Assembly (NCBI GenBank): GCA_037481615.1
Contig: JBBFLI010000018.1
Source: Desulfobacterales bacterium
Lineage (GTDB): Bacteria; Desulfobacterota; Desulfobacteria; Desulfobacterales; SpSt-501
Direction: 5' to 3' (one strand)
Length of the DNA: 64,000 bases
The position numbers and the translations under genes were made by a program. Below the pieces are notes generated by a model. That model was not told the origin of the DNA. It was given only the letters and a program-made list of their open reading frames with translations, and made no database searches. Of this stretch, positions 26,106 through 36,807 are shown one piece after another (position 1 is the stretch's first letter; every line of letters begins with the position of its first letter).

Positions 26106-28762
26106 GTGAGCGCCGCCCCCATACCCGATGCCGCCGACGGCCGCCGGAACGCCGCCGCCACCCTGAGGAAGAGGCTGGGGGAGATCCACGCCGCGATCCG
26201 CAAGCGCCGGCCGGGGGAGGGGCTTTCGCCGATCAGCCGGGCGGTGGACGACTACTTCGAGGAGGCCTTTACGGCCAGCCCGAGCGGCCCTTTCCTGGAA
26301 ATCAACCGCAACCCCTACGCCATCATCGCCCTGGGAGGCTACGGCCGCGAGGAGCTCAACCTGCGCTCGGACATCGATCTGTTGTTTCTTTTCCGCCGCG
26401 AGGTCCCCGCGGGTGCGGAGTCCCTCATCCGCGAGATGATCTACCCCCTGTGGGACCTGGGTCTCGAGGTCGGCTACGCCCTGCGATCGCTCGGGGATTG
26501 CCTTTCGCTCGCCGGAAGCGATTTCCAGATCCTCACCCCCCTCCTCGACGCCCGCTTCGTCTGCGGGGTCTCGGTGCTCTACTCCGAGCTGCTCGAACGC
26601 CTGCGCGCCGAGCTGCGCCGCCGCCGCGGTTGGGTGGTCGAGAAGCTCGTCGAGCACACCCGCCTGCGGCATGAGCGCTTCGGCGACTCCGCGCACCTCC
26701 TCGAGCCGCACCTCAAGGAGGGCCAGGGGGGGCTGCGCGACTACCACAGCCTGCGCTGGGCCGCGCGGCTCGACCACGAGGTGCTGCAGCCGCGGGACCT
26801 CGAGTACACCGGGCTCCTCTCCCACGGCGAATTCACGGAACTCTGGGACGCCCTGCAGTTCATCTGGGCGGTGCGCGACCACCTGCACGAGATCTGCCGC
26901 CGCCGGGTCGATCGGCTCCACTTCGAGCACCAGCTCGCCATCGCCGACCGGCTGGGATACCCCGCCGCAGGCGGGCAGCAGCCGGTCGAGCGTTTCCTCG
27001 GCGAACTGCACCGCCACATGGAGGGGATCAAGCGGCTGCATCTCGCCTGCATGCGCGAGCTCGCCGCCCCGAAAAAGAGGCGGCGGATGCCGGCGGCTTC
27101 CCTGCCCGAGGGGATCGTCGCCGCCCCCGGCGGCTTTCTCGGCTTCGAGAGCGCCGAGGCGATCCTGAAACGCCCCGAGCTGCTGATCCGCATCTTCACC
27201 GAGAGCGCCCGCTCGGGGTTGCCGCTCGCCGGCGAAGCCCGGCGGCTGCTCCGCGAATTTCTGCATCTCGTCGACGCCCCGCTGCGCACGGCGCCCGCCG
27301 TCGTGCGCGCCCTCGAGTCGCTGCTCGTCCACCCGCAGAGGAGCGAAGCCCTCCTCGACGAGCTCCTCGCCTCGGGGCTGCTCGAGGCCCTGATCCCCGA
27401 ACTCCACGGCGTCGCCCACCGCATCCAGTACGACGAGTACCATGTCTACCCCGTCGACCGGCACCTGCTGCACACGGTGATCGCCCTGCAGCAGCTCGCC
27501 CTGCGCCCGGCGACGGGCGTCGACGATCTGCCCGCGCGGATCTACCGGGAACTGCCGCGCAAGGCGCTGCTCCACTGGGCGGCGCTGCTGCACGACATCG
27601 GCAAGGCCGACCCCGCGCCCGGCCACGCCGCGCGCGGCGCCGAGCTCGTGCGCCGGCTGCTCGCCGAGCGGGGGTTTTCCCCGGAGGACCGGGAAACGGC
27701 GGCCTTCCTCGTGCGCGAGCACCTGCTGCTCATCCAGACCGCCACCCGACGCGACATCCACGACGAGGAGACCGCGCTCGCCTGCGCGCGGCGCATCCCC
27801 GGGCCGGAGGCGCTGAAGATGCTCTACCTCCTCACCGTCGCCGACGCCCGGGCGACCGGGCCGGCGGCCTGGTCCGACTGGACCGCGCACCTCCTGCAGG
27901 AGTTCTTCCTGAAGGTCTTGCACGTCATCGAGGAGGGCGATCTCGCCAGCCGCCGCACCGTGGAGGCGATCGAACGCAAGCGCCAGGAGCTGCTCGCCGG
28001 CGCGGCGTCCGGGACCGAGCGCCGGCGGTTCGCGGAGCTCTTTCCTTTCCTCAGCCCCCGCTATCTCCTCGCCATGGATCCCTCCGAGATCGCCGCGCAC
28101 ATCGCCCTCGCCTCCCGGCTGGGCGAGCGGCCCTTCGTGTGGGACATTCAGCCCGCCGCCGGCGGCAAGGCCCGACGGCTCACGGTCTGCGCCAAGGACC
28201 GCCCCGGACTGATGGCGAGCCTCGCGGGGGTCTTCACCCTGAACGGGATCAACATCCTCGACGTCCTCGTCTTCACGTGGCGAAACGGGCTCGCCCTCGA
28301 CCGCTTCGAGTTGAGCCCCCCGCCCGACCCGATTTTCGAGGAGGAGCGCTGGCAGCGCGCCGCCGACCACCTCGAGGCGGTGCTCGCGGGAAAGCTCGAT
28401 CTCGCGGCCGTGCTCGCCCCGCGGCTCGAAGCCGCCCGAGCCGCGGTCCGACCCCGCGCCGGCAGGAAGCCGCACCGCGTGCAGATCGACAACGCGAGCT
28501 CGAGCTTTTTCACGATCCTCGAGGTCTTCACCCAGGACTTCCCCGGCTTGCTCTACTGCATCGCCGATGCGCTCCACCGCCACGGCCTCGACATCCGCGT
28601 GGCGAAGATCGCCACGCAGGTCGACCAGGTGGTGGACGTCTTCTACGTCCGCGATCTCGCGGGAGGAAAACTTCTCGAACCCGCACGGATCGCCGCCCTC
28701 GAGCGCGAGATCCTCGAGCGGCTGGCGCCGTCGGAACCCCCTCGGAAAGGAGCATCGAACCC

Positions 28763-28766
<4 letters not shown>
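26106..28766 (+). CDS. glnD: [Protein-PII] uridylyltransferase/uridylyl-removing enzyme
   Basis: Nucleotidyltransferase GGYGREELNLRSDIDLLFL, an HD domain (LLHDIGK) and two C-terminal ACT domains. GTG 26106 is inferred as the start; the track ORF runs spuriously from 23838. Confidence 0.88.
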
Positions 28767-30436
<1,670 letters not shown>

Positions 30437-30485
30437 ACCCCGGTCCCCGGGAAACCCCTTCACCGCCATTCAAGGAGGATCTGTG

Positions 30486-31898
30486 ATGAAACCCAAGGAA
30501 GTTCTCTCTTTCGCCCAGGAACACGGCGCCCGCATGCTCGATCTGCGCTTCATGGACTTTCCCGGCCTCTGGCAGCACTTCTCCGTGCCCATTCACCAGC
30601 TCGACGAGGGCAGCTTCGAGGACGGGTTCGGCTTCGACGGCTCGAGCATCCGCGGCTGGCAGCCGATCAACGCGAGCGACATGCTCGTGATCCCGGACCC
30701 GGCGACCGCACGCATGGACCCCTTCACCCGGGAACCCACGCTGGTCATGATCTGCGACATCGTCGACCCGGTCACCCGCGCCCCGTACACACGGGACCCG
30801 CGCAACATCGCCAAGAAGGCCGAGGCCTATCTCAAGAGCACGGGGATCGCCGAGATCGCCTACCTGGGGCCGGAGGCCGAGTTTTTCATCTTCGACGACA
30901 TCCGCTACGAGTCGAACGTCTACGGCGCTTTCTACGAGATCGACTCGATCGAGGGGACCTGGAACACGGGACGCGACGAGGGCCCGAACCTGGGCTACAA
31001 GCCGCGGCCCAAGGAAGGCTATTTCCCCGTGCCGCCGATGGACAAGTTCCAGGATCTGCGCACGGAGATGGTGCTCGAGCTCGAACGGCTCGGCATCGAG
31101 GTCGAGGCCCAGCACCACGAGGTCGCCACCGCCGGCCAGGCCGAGATCGACATGAAATTCAAACCGCTGCTCCAGATGGCCGATCAGCTCATGTGGTTCA
31201 AGTACGTGCTGAAGAACGTGGCCTGCCGCCACAACCACACCGTGACCTTCATGCCCAAGCCGCTCTTCGGCGACAACGGCTCGGGCATGCACACCCATGT
31301 GAGCCTCTGGAAGGACGGGAAGAACCTCTTCGCCGGCGACAGGTACGCCGGGGTCTCCCCGATCGCCCTCCACGCCATCGGCGGGATTCTCAAGCACTGC
31401 CGGGCGCTCTGCGCGATCACCAACCCCACGACCAACTCCTACAAGCGGCTCGTCCCGGGCTACGAGGCCCCCGTCAACCTCGCCTACTCCAGCCGCAACC
31501 GCAGCGCGGCGATCCGCATCCCGATGTACTCGACCTCGCCCAAGGCGAAGCGCATCGAGTTCCGCACCCCCGACCCCTCTTGCAACGGCTACCTCGCCTT
31601 CGCCGCGATCCTGATGGCCGTGATCGACGGGATCCAGAACAAGATCGACCCCGGGGACCCCTTGGACAAGAACATCTACGACCTGCCGCCGGAGGAGCTC
31701 GCCCAGGTGCCCTCGGCCCCGGGGTCCCTCGACGAGGCGCTCGCCTGCCTGCGGGCCGACCACGATTTCTTGCTCAAGGGCGACGTCTTCACGCGGGATG
31801 CGCTCGAGATGTGGATCGACTACAAGACCAAGGCCGAGGTGGACGCCGTGCGCCTGCGGCCGCACCCTCACGAGTTCTTCCTCTATTTCGACATCTGA
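30486..31898 (+). CDS. glnA: Glutamine synthetase type I
   Basis: GSI signatures ([18 protein letters not shown]). The adenylylation loop [10 protein letters not shown] retains the Tyr. Confidence 0.95.
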   Translation: MKPKEVLSFAQEHGARMLDLRFMDFPGLWQHFSVPIHQLDEGSFEDGFGFDGSSIRGWQPINASDMLVIPDPATARMDPFTREPTLVMICDIVDPVTRAPYTRDPRNIAKKAEAYLKSTGIAEIAYLGPEAEFFIFDDIRYESNVYGAFYEIDSIEGTWNTGRDEGPNLGYKPRPKEGYFPVPPMDKFQDLRTEMVLELERLGIEVEAQHHEVATAGQAEIDMKFKPLLQMADQLMWFKYVLKNVACRHNHTVTFMPKPLFGDNGSGMHTHVSLWKDGKNLFAGDRYAGVSPIALHAIGGILKHCRALCAITNPTTNSYKRLVPGYEAPVNLAYSSRNRSAAIRIPMYSTSPKAKRIEFRTPDPSCNGYLAFAAILMAVIDGIQNKIDPGDPLDKNIYDLPPEELAQVPSAPGSLDEALACLRADHDFLLKGDVFTRDALEMWIDYKTKAEVDAVRLRPHPHEFFLYFDI

Positions 31899-31929
31899 AG
31901 CCGGCAAGCCGCATTGCCCCGACCCGAGC

Positions 31930-31964
31930 GGGGCGGCCGGGCGAAAAACCCGCCCGGCCGCCCC
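31930..31964. terminator. 14-bp perfect GC stem-loop between convergent glnA and the NifA-like gene
   Basis: GGGGCGGCCGGGCG-aaaaacc-CGCCCGGCCGCCCC. A short CTTT follows on the plus strand. Confidence 0.6.
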
Positions 31965-32046
31965 GGCTTTCCGGGGGGCGGCCGGCACCCTCCCCCTCCC
32001 CCCCCCCGGGCGGATCGGACCCGAGGGGTGCGGGGGACCCCGCGGG

Positions 32047-33579
32047 TCAGGGCCGGTAGGTGCGGTAGTCGATCCCGTAGCGGCGCGCCTTGTAGGCGAA
32101 CTTGCGCACCGTCGTGCGCAAAAGCGCCGCGGCGGCGGTGATGTTGCCGCGGGTGTTCTTGAGGGCGTCGATCAGCATCTCGCGCTCGAGCTTGGCGACC
32201 GCCTCCTCGAGCGAGACCGCGGGGAGGGTTCCGGACTCGGCCCCGGTCTGCAGCGTGGGGGGCAGGTGGTAGCCGTGGATCACGCCCTCCTCGCACAAGA
32301 GCACGGCGCGCTCGATGCAGTTTTCGAGCTCGCGGACGTTCCCCGGCCAGTGGTACTGCATGAGCATGTCGATCGCCGGGGTCGAAAAGCGGCGGATGTC
32401 TTTTCCGTTCTCGCGCGCGTACTTTTCGAGAAAGTAGTCGGCCAGGAGCAGGATGTCCGTCTTGCGTTCGCGCAGCGGCGGCATGTAGATCGGGAAGACG
32501 TTCAGCCGATAGTAGAGATCGCCGCGGAAGTCCCCCTTTTCCACCGCCTGCTCGAGGTTCGAGTTCGTCGCCGCGATCACGCGCACGTCGACCCGGATCG
32601 TGCGCTGGCCGCCCACGCGGTCGAACTCCTTTTCCTGCAGGATCCGCAGGAGGTTCGCCTGCACGTCGAGGTTGAGGGAGCCGATCTCGTCGAGAAAGAT
32701 CGTGCCGCGGTGGGCGAGCTCGAATTTGCCGATCTTCTGGCGGATCGCGCCCGTGAAGGCGCCCTTCTCGTGCCCGAAGAGCTCGCTTTCGATCAGGTTC
32801 TGGGGCAGCGCCGCGCAGTTCACCTTGATGAAAGGGCCGTTCGCCCGCGGGCTGTTGTAGTGGATGGAGTTCGCGACGAGCTCCTTTCCCGTGCCGCTCT
32901 CCCCGCGGATGAGGACGGTCGCGTTGCTGCGGCAGACGCGCGAGATCATCTGGAAGACTTCGCGCATGCGGTTCGAGCTCCCGATGATATGGCCGAAGCT
33001 GTACTTGCTCTGGAGCTCGGACTGCAGCCGGCGGTTCTCCTCGCGCAGCCGCTCGTGCTCGAGGCGGATGGTCTCGAGCTTGCTCACGTGGCTGGCGAGC
33101 ATCGTGGCGATGACCGAGAGCAGCCGTTTGCCTTCCTCGAGGGGGTAATCGGGGTCGAAGGGCCGATCGACGCTCAGGGCGCCGATCACCTGGTTGCCCT
33201 TCTTGATGGGGACGCAGAAGAAGGAGAGTTCGGCCGTCTTCTTGCCGCGGCGGCTCGCCGTGCGATCCAGGAAACGCGGCTCCTCGCTGATCCGCGCCAC
33301 CGCGATCGCCTTGCCCGTCTGGATCACCTGGCCCGTCACCCCTTCGCCCAGCTTGTAGCGCACGCGCTCGATCGCCGCCGGGGCGATGCCGTGGGCGACC
33401 TCGATGTGGATCTCCTCCTTGAGCGGGTCGAGGAGCGTGATCGTCCCGCGCACCATGTGCATGGAGGCCGAGAGGATGTCGAGGACCTTATAGAGCGAGC
33501 GGCGCAGGTCGAGGTGCTCGTTCAAGGCTTTCGAGATCTCGTAGAGCAGGGCGACGTTTTCGACACGGTCGATCTTCAT
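32047..33579 (-). CDS. Sigma-54-dependent transcriptional activator with an N-terminal GAF domain (NifA-like architecture)
   Basis: GAF region, AAA+ core ([23 protein letters not shown]) and a C-terminal Fis-type HTH ([25 protein letters not shown]). Confidence 0.85.
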   Translation of the reverse strand: MKIDRVENVALLYEISKALNEHLDLRRSLYKVLDILSASMHMVRGTITLLDPLKEEIHIEVAHGIAPAAIERVRYKLGEGVTGQVIQTGKAIAVARISEEPRFLDRTASRRGKKTAELSFFCVPIKKGNQVIGALSVDRPFDPDYPLEEGKRLLSVIATMLASHVSKLETIRLEHERLREENRRLQSELQSKYSFGHIIGSSNRMREVFQMISRVCRSNATVLIRGESGTGKELVANSIHYNSPRANGPFIKVNCAALPQNLIESELFGHEKGAFTGAIRQKIGKFELAHRGTIFLDEIGSLNLDVQANLLRILQEKEFDRVGGQRTIRVDVRVIAATNSNLEQAVEKGDFRGDLYYRLNVFPIYMPPLRERKTDILLLADYFLEKYARENGKDIRRFSTPAIDMLMQYHWPGNVRELENCIERAVLLCEEGVIHGYHLPPTLQTGAESGTLPAVSLEEAVAKLEREMLIDALKNTRGNITAAAALLRTTVRKFAYKARRYGIDYRTYRP

Positions 33580-33600
33580 GACCGATTTGGATCCTGTTTG

Positions 33601-33615
33601 ATTGTTTTTGACAAT
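33601..33615. promoter_or_regulatory. Dyad ATTGT-N5-ACAAT in the AT-rich divergent region between the NifA-like gene and dinB
   Basis: attgtttttgacaat. It lies just downstream of a minus-strand TTGCCC-N17-TAATAT promoter-like pair (33624-33652). Confidence 0.3.
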
Positions 33616-33677
33616 TTTGTTCTATATTAGCCGAGCGGCGCTTGCGGGGCAAGGCCCCCCGGGAGGACAGGGCGACG

Positions 33678-34886
33678 GTGATCCTGCATGTCGACATGGA
33701 CGCCTTCTACGCCGCGGTCGAGCAGCGCGACCGGCCGGAGCTTCGCGGCCTCCCGGTCGTGGTCGGCGGCACCGGGGGCCGCGGGGTGGTGGCCGCGGCG
33801 AGCTACGAGGCCCGCGCCTTCGGGGTACGCTCGGCGATGCCCATGGCCGAGGCGCGAAGGCTTTGCCCGCAAGCGGTCTTTCTCCCCCCCCGGGGCGAGC
33901 GCTACCGCGAGGTCGCCCGCCGCATCCGCGAGGTGCTCGCCTCCTTCAGCCCGGTCGTCGAGCCCGTCTCGATCGACGAGGCCTTTCTCGACCTCGCCGG
34001 GACCGAGCGTCTCCACGGCCCGCCCGAAGCCGCGGGAAGGCGGCTCAAGGAACGGATCCTCGCCGCGGTCGGGCTCACCTGTTCGGTCGGCATCGCCCCC
34101 AACCGCTTTCTCGCCAAGGCGGCCTCGGATTTCCGCAAACCCGACGGCCTGACCGTGGTCGCCCCGGGGGAGGTCGAGTCCTTCCTCGCCGCCCTGCCGC
34201 TCGAAAAGGCCCCCGGCGTCGGCCCCCGGACGCGGGAGCGGCTTTCGCGCTTCGGGGTGCGCTTCATGGGGGAGATCGCCCGCATCCCCGGGGTCGAGCT
34301 CGTCGCCCTCCTCGGCCGGGCCGGAGAGCGGCTCTCCGCGCTCGCCCGCGGCATCGACGCGACCCCCGTCACCCCCGTTTCGCCCGCGCGCTCGTTCGGC
34401 AGCGAGTGCACCCTTGCCCGCGACACGCGGGACCGGGATCTTCTCCGCCGGCTCCTGCTCGAGCACGCGCAGGCCGTGGCGGGGGATCTACGCGCGGCGG
34501 GGATGCGCGCCCGCACGGTGGTCTTGAAGATCCGGCAGGCGGACTTCTCGCTCAACACGCGGCGGCGCACGTGGGGGGAACCCGCCGCCTCTTCGCACGA
34601 GATCTACCGCCGGGCGCTCGCTCTGCTCGAAGGGTTCCGGATCGGGAAGCCGGTGCGCCTGATCGGGATCGCCGCTACCGGCCTGGTCCCCGCAGGGCTT
34701 CCCTGCCAGCGGGCGCTTTTCGACGAACAGGGAAGAGGGTCCGCGGAATGGGAACGGATCGACCGGGCGGTCGCCGCGATCGAGGGGCGGTTCGGGGAGG
34801 GGGCGGTGCGCCGCGCGAGCCTCAGGGGGGAGACGAAGCCGTCCCCAGGGCCGCCAGGACGCGGGAGACGACCTGGTCGGGGGTGA
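33678..34886 (+). CDS. dinB: DNA polymerase IV (Y-family)
   Basis: ILHVDMDAFYAAVEQRD and SIDEAFLDL motifs. GTG 33678 sits behind GGGAGG; the track start is TTG 33642. The 3' end overlaps aroK by 65 nt. Confidence 0.88.
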   Translation: MILHVDMDAFYAAVEQRDRPELRGLPVVVGGTGGRGVVAAASYEARAFGVRSAMPMAEARRLCPQAVFLPPRGERYREVARRIREVLASFSPVVEPVSIDEAFLDLAGTERLHGPPEAAGRRLKERILAAVGLTCSVGIAPNRFLAKAASDFRKPDGLTVVAPGEVESFLAALPLEKAPGVGPRTRERLSRFGVRFMGEIARIPGVELVALLGRAGERLSALARGIDATPVTPVSPARSFGSECTLARDTRDRDLLRRLLLEHAQAVAGDLRAAGMRARTVVLKIRQADFSLNTRRRTWGEPAASSHEIYRRALALLEGFRIGKPVRLIGIAATGLVPAGLPCQRALFDEQGRGSAEWERIDRAVAAIEGRFGEGAVRRASLRGETKPSPGPPGRGRRPGRG

Positions 34887-35343
34887 GGCCGTCGGTGGCG
34901 ACCACGAGGTCGGCCGCGCGGCGGTAGAGGGGGTCGCGCTCGGCGTAGAGATCCTCGAGCCTCCGGCCGGGGGCGATCACGACCCCGCGGGCGTCGAGAT
35001 CGGCGAGTCGCTCGCGGAGACGGCCGAGGGCCAGCGCGAGATAGACGGCGATCCCGCCTTCCTTGAGGTGACGCATCGCCGCCTCGCGGTAGATCACGGA
35101 TCCGCCGGGGGCGACCACGCAGCCCGCGAAGGAAAGCGAGAGGACATGGCGCTCTTCCAGCCGGCAGAAGCCCTCGAGGCCGTGCGCGCGGATCAGCTCC
35201 TGGAGGCTTTTCCCCTCACGGCGCTGGATCACGAGGTCGGTGTCCAGGAAGGAGAAGTTGAGCCGCTTGGCGAGGAGGACGCCGACGGTGCTCTTGCCTG
35301 CGGCGGGCATGCCGATCAGCACGACGTGGTCGAAGGGGGGCAT
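34822..35343 (-). CDS. aroK: Shikimate kinase
   Basis: Walker A GMPAAGKST; LDTDLVIQRREGKSLQELI. Confidence 0.88.
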   Translation of the reverse strand: MPPFDHVVLIGMPAAGKSTVGVLLAKRLNFSFLDTDLVIQRREGKSLQELIRAHGLEGFCRLEERHVLSLSFAGCVVAPGGSVIYREAAMRHLKEGGIAVYLALALGRLRERLADLDARGVVIAPGRRLEDLYAERDPLYRRAADLVVATDGLTPDQVVSRVLAALGTASSPP

Positions 35344-35355
35344 GGGTTAGAAGCG

Positions 35356-35384
35356 GAAAGCCGCGGCCTCGGGCCGCGGCTTTC
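35356..35384 (-). terminator. Perfect 13-bp stem hairpin downstream of the PEP-CTERM gene
   Basis: GAAAGCCGCGGCC-tcg-GGCCGCGGCTTTC. On the minus strand it is followed by CGCTTCT. Confidence 0.55.
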
Positions 35385-35411
35385 CGGGAAGCTCGGCGCG
35401 AGGCTTCGGGA

Positions 35412-36413
35412 TCACGGGATGCGCCGCCGCAGCGCCGCCAGAACGGCGAGACCGGCCGCCGCCAAGACGGCCGTTGCCGGCTCCGGGACCGGTTTCACCG
35501 GCAGAAAACCCGCGAAGAGTTCGTTGTGGGCTTCGCCGGTTCCGAACAGCGAGCGCGCGATCAGCCCGCCCTCGATGTGGCCGTCGAAGAAGCTCACTTT
35601 CGCCCCGGGGGCGAGGACCGTCCCGTGCACCTCGATCCCGGCGATCTTGAGCGCGGTCGCCTCGTAGAAGTTGTAGAGGATGCGGTCGTCGGGGAAGAGG
35701 CCCTCCCTGTCCTGGTCGCCGTAGAGCCCGTTGAAGTAGAAGCCGAAGCGCTCGAGGCGGCCGATCTTCCCCGAGAGGTTGACGAGCACCGTCGACCCCT
35801 CGGGCACCTCGATCCGGAAATCCCCGATGCGCACGAGATCCCAGGCCGAAAGGGTGAAGATGTTGAGCCGGGCGTCCGAACCCCTGAGGAAGAGGTTGGA
35901 ATGGAGCTTTTCGACCGTGCCGTTGGCGTTGAGGCTGCCCCAGTAGGCAGACAACTCCTCAAGGGCGGTGCGCTCCTTTGCGAAATCGATCGGCGAAGGG
36001 GTCCTTTCCTGGAGACTGCCGTAGGTGAAGGTCTCGTAGCCGCCCGCGTCCTTGCCGATGAAGGCCCGGCCGCCGACGACGATGTCGCCTTTCTTGAATG
36101 CCGGGTCGCCGGAATTCTCGGCGGGGAAATAGCCCACGCTGCCGCGGCGGGCGAAGAGGTTGCCGCCCACGATGAGCTCGGGGTCGGAGTCGTCCCCGTT
36201 CTGCTCGCGGATCCGGCGCGCAACCGACATGTCCGAGTAGAAGACGTTGCCTCCGGCCGCCACCCGGCCCTCGGTGTCGGTCTTCCACTGCACGAGATCC
36301 TCGAAGACGAAGACGTTGAACCGCGAAGCGACCCCCAGGGGCGAAGCCGGGGCAAGCAGCGGAAAAGCGGACAGGAAGAAGGCGAGCAGAAAGGCGGCGG
36401 CGGGTCGTTTCAT
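35412..36413 (-). CDS. Secreted choice-of-anchor A domain protein with a PEP-CTERM sorting signal
   Basis: Signal peptide. RFNVFVFEDL...DTEGRVAAGGNV, a typical choice-of-anchor A start. C-terminal VPEPATAVLAAAGLAVLAALRRR. Confidence 0.8.
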   Translation of the reverse strand: MKRPAAAFLLAFFLSAFPLLAPASPLGVASRFNVFVFEDLVQWKTDTEGRVAAGGNVFYSDMSVARRIREQNGDDSDPELIVGGNLFARRGSVGYFPAENSGDPAFKKGDIVVGGRAFIGKDAGGYETFTYGSLQERTPSPIDFAKERTALEELSAYWGSLNANGTVEKLHSNLFLRGSDARLNIFTLSAWDLVRIGDFRIEVPEGSTVLVNLSGKIGRLERFGFYFNGLYGDQDREGLFPDDRILYNFYEATALKIAGIEVHGTVLAPGAKVSFFDGHIEGGLIARSLFGTGEAHNELFAGFLPVKPVPEPATAVLAAAGLAVLAALRRRIP

Positions 36414-36448
36414 CGATCCCCCTTACTCAAGGGTTCGGGGCGGCACCA

Positions 36449-36493
36449 GAAATTAATTTCGCTTAAACTATCAGCGATTCCTCCCCTTGTCAA
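36449..36493 (-). promoter_or_regulatory. Promoter-like TTGACA-N17-TAGTTT (minus strand), immediately followed by the perfect palindrome GAAATTAATTTC
   Basis: -35 at 36488-36493, -10 at 36465-36470, 12-bp palindrome at 36449-36460. That is around the expected transcription start, 36 bp before the PEP-CTERM gene ATG. Confidence 0.4.
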
Positions 36494-36572
36494 CCGGGGC
36501 CTTCTCAACTTGCCGAATTCCAACCAGATACGATCGGGCAACGGCCTTTCGACGCGGCTTCTCGAGCCACCA

Positions 36573-36619
36573 CCCTAACATATTGATCGAAATGAAGGTT
36601 GACACACAACATATGGTAT
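36573..36619 (+). promoter_or_regulatory. Two tandem NrdR-box-like sites upstream of nrdJ
   Basis: ACACAACATATGGTAT (36604-36619) matches 13 of 16 positions of acaCwAtATaTwGtgt. CCCTAACATATTGATC (36573-36588) matches 9 of 16 with a conserved core. The centres are 31 bp apart, as expected for NrdR box pairs. Confidence 0.6.
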
Positions 36620-36807
36620 GACAGATTACCAAAATTCGGATCCACCGGCCGCCGGTCGTACGCCCTGCAACCGCCCTCCGCGCGGCATTTCTTTTCGGAA
36701 CCGACTCCCCGTGATTATGTTGGCAGAAAAGGACATCGGATCGCGGCGAAGCCCCGCCGCCTGAACCCCGAAACCGCTGACCCGTCAACCGGACGAGGAC
36801 CCCGATC

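Noticed and set aside
31998-32007. Homopolymeric C10 tract, and a C6G8 tract at 21599-21612, as possible phase-variation switches
   Set aside because: Both are intergenic: one between convergent 3' ends, the other in a 5' leader. Neither lies inside a reading frame or a promoter spacer.
33590-33677. LexA/SOS box upstream of dinB
   Set aside because: Only partial half-sites are present (e.g. GACAATTTTGTTC versus GAAC-N4-GTTC). There is no match to the CTGT-N8-ACAG or GGTT-type motifs that I know.
34822-34886. 65-nt convergent overlap of the dinB and aroK 3' ends
   Set aside because: The dinB tail (…GETKPSPGPPGRGRRPGRG) is low-complexity. It is probably a run-on caused by stop-codon scarcity. 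I see no evidence for a functional antisense arrangement.
36414-36600. Possible c-di-GMP (GEMM) riboswitch upstream of the PEP-CTERM gene
   Set aside because: The characteristic ACGCAAAGC / GNRA-tetraloop-receptor elements were not found when reading the minus strand.
36620-36807. Possible cobalamin riboswitch in the nrdJ leader (contains GAAGCCCCGCCGCC and several hairpins)
   Set aside because: I could not find the conserved B12-box or the GGTG...AA..CC core. B12 riboswitches normally repress B12-independent RNRs, not nrdJ. NrdR boxes explain the regulation. A covariance-model scan would settle it.
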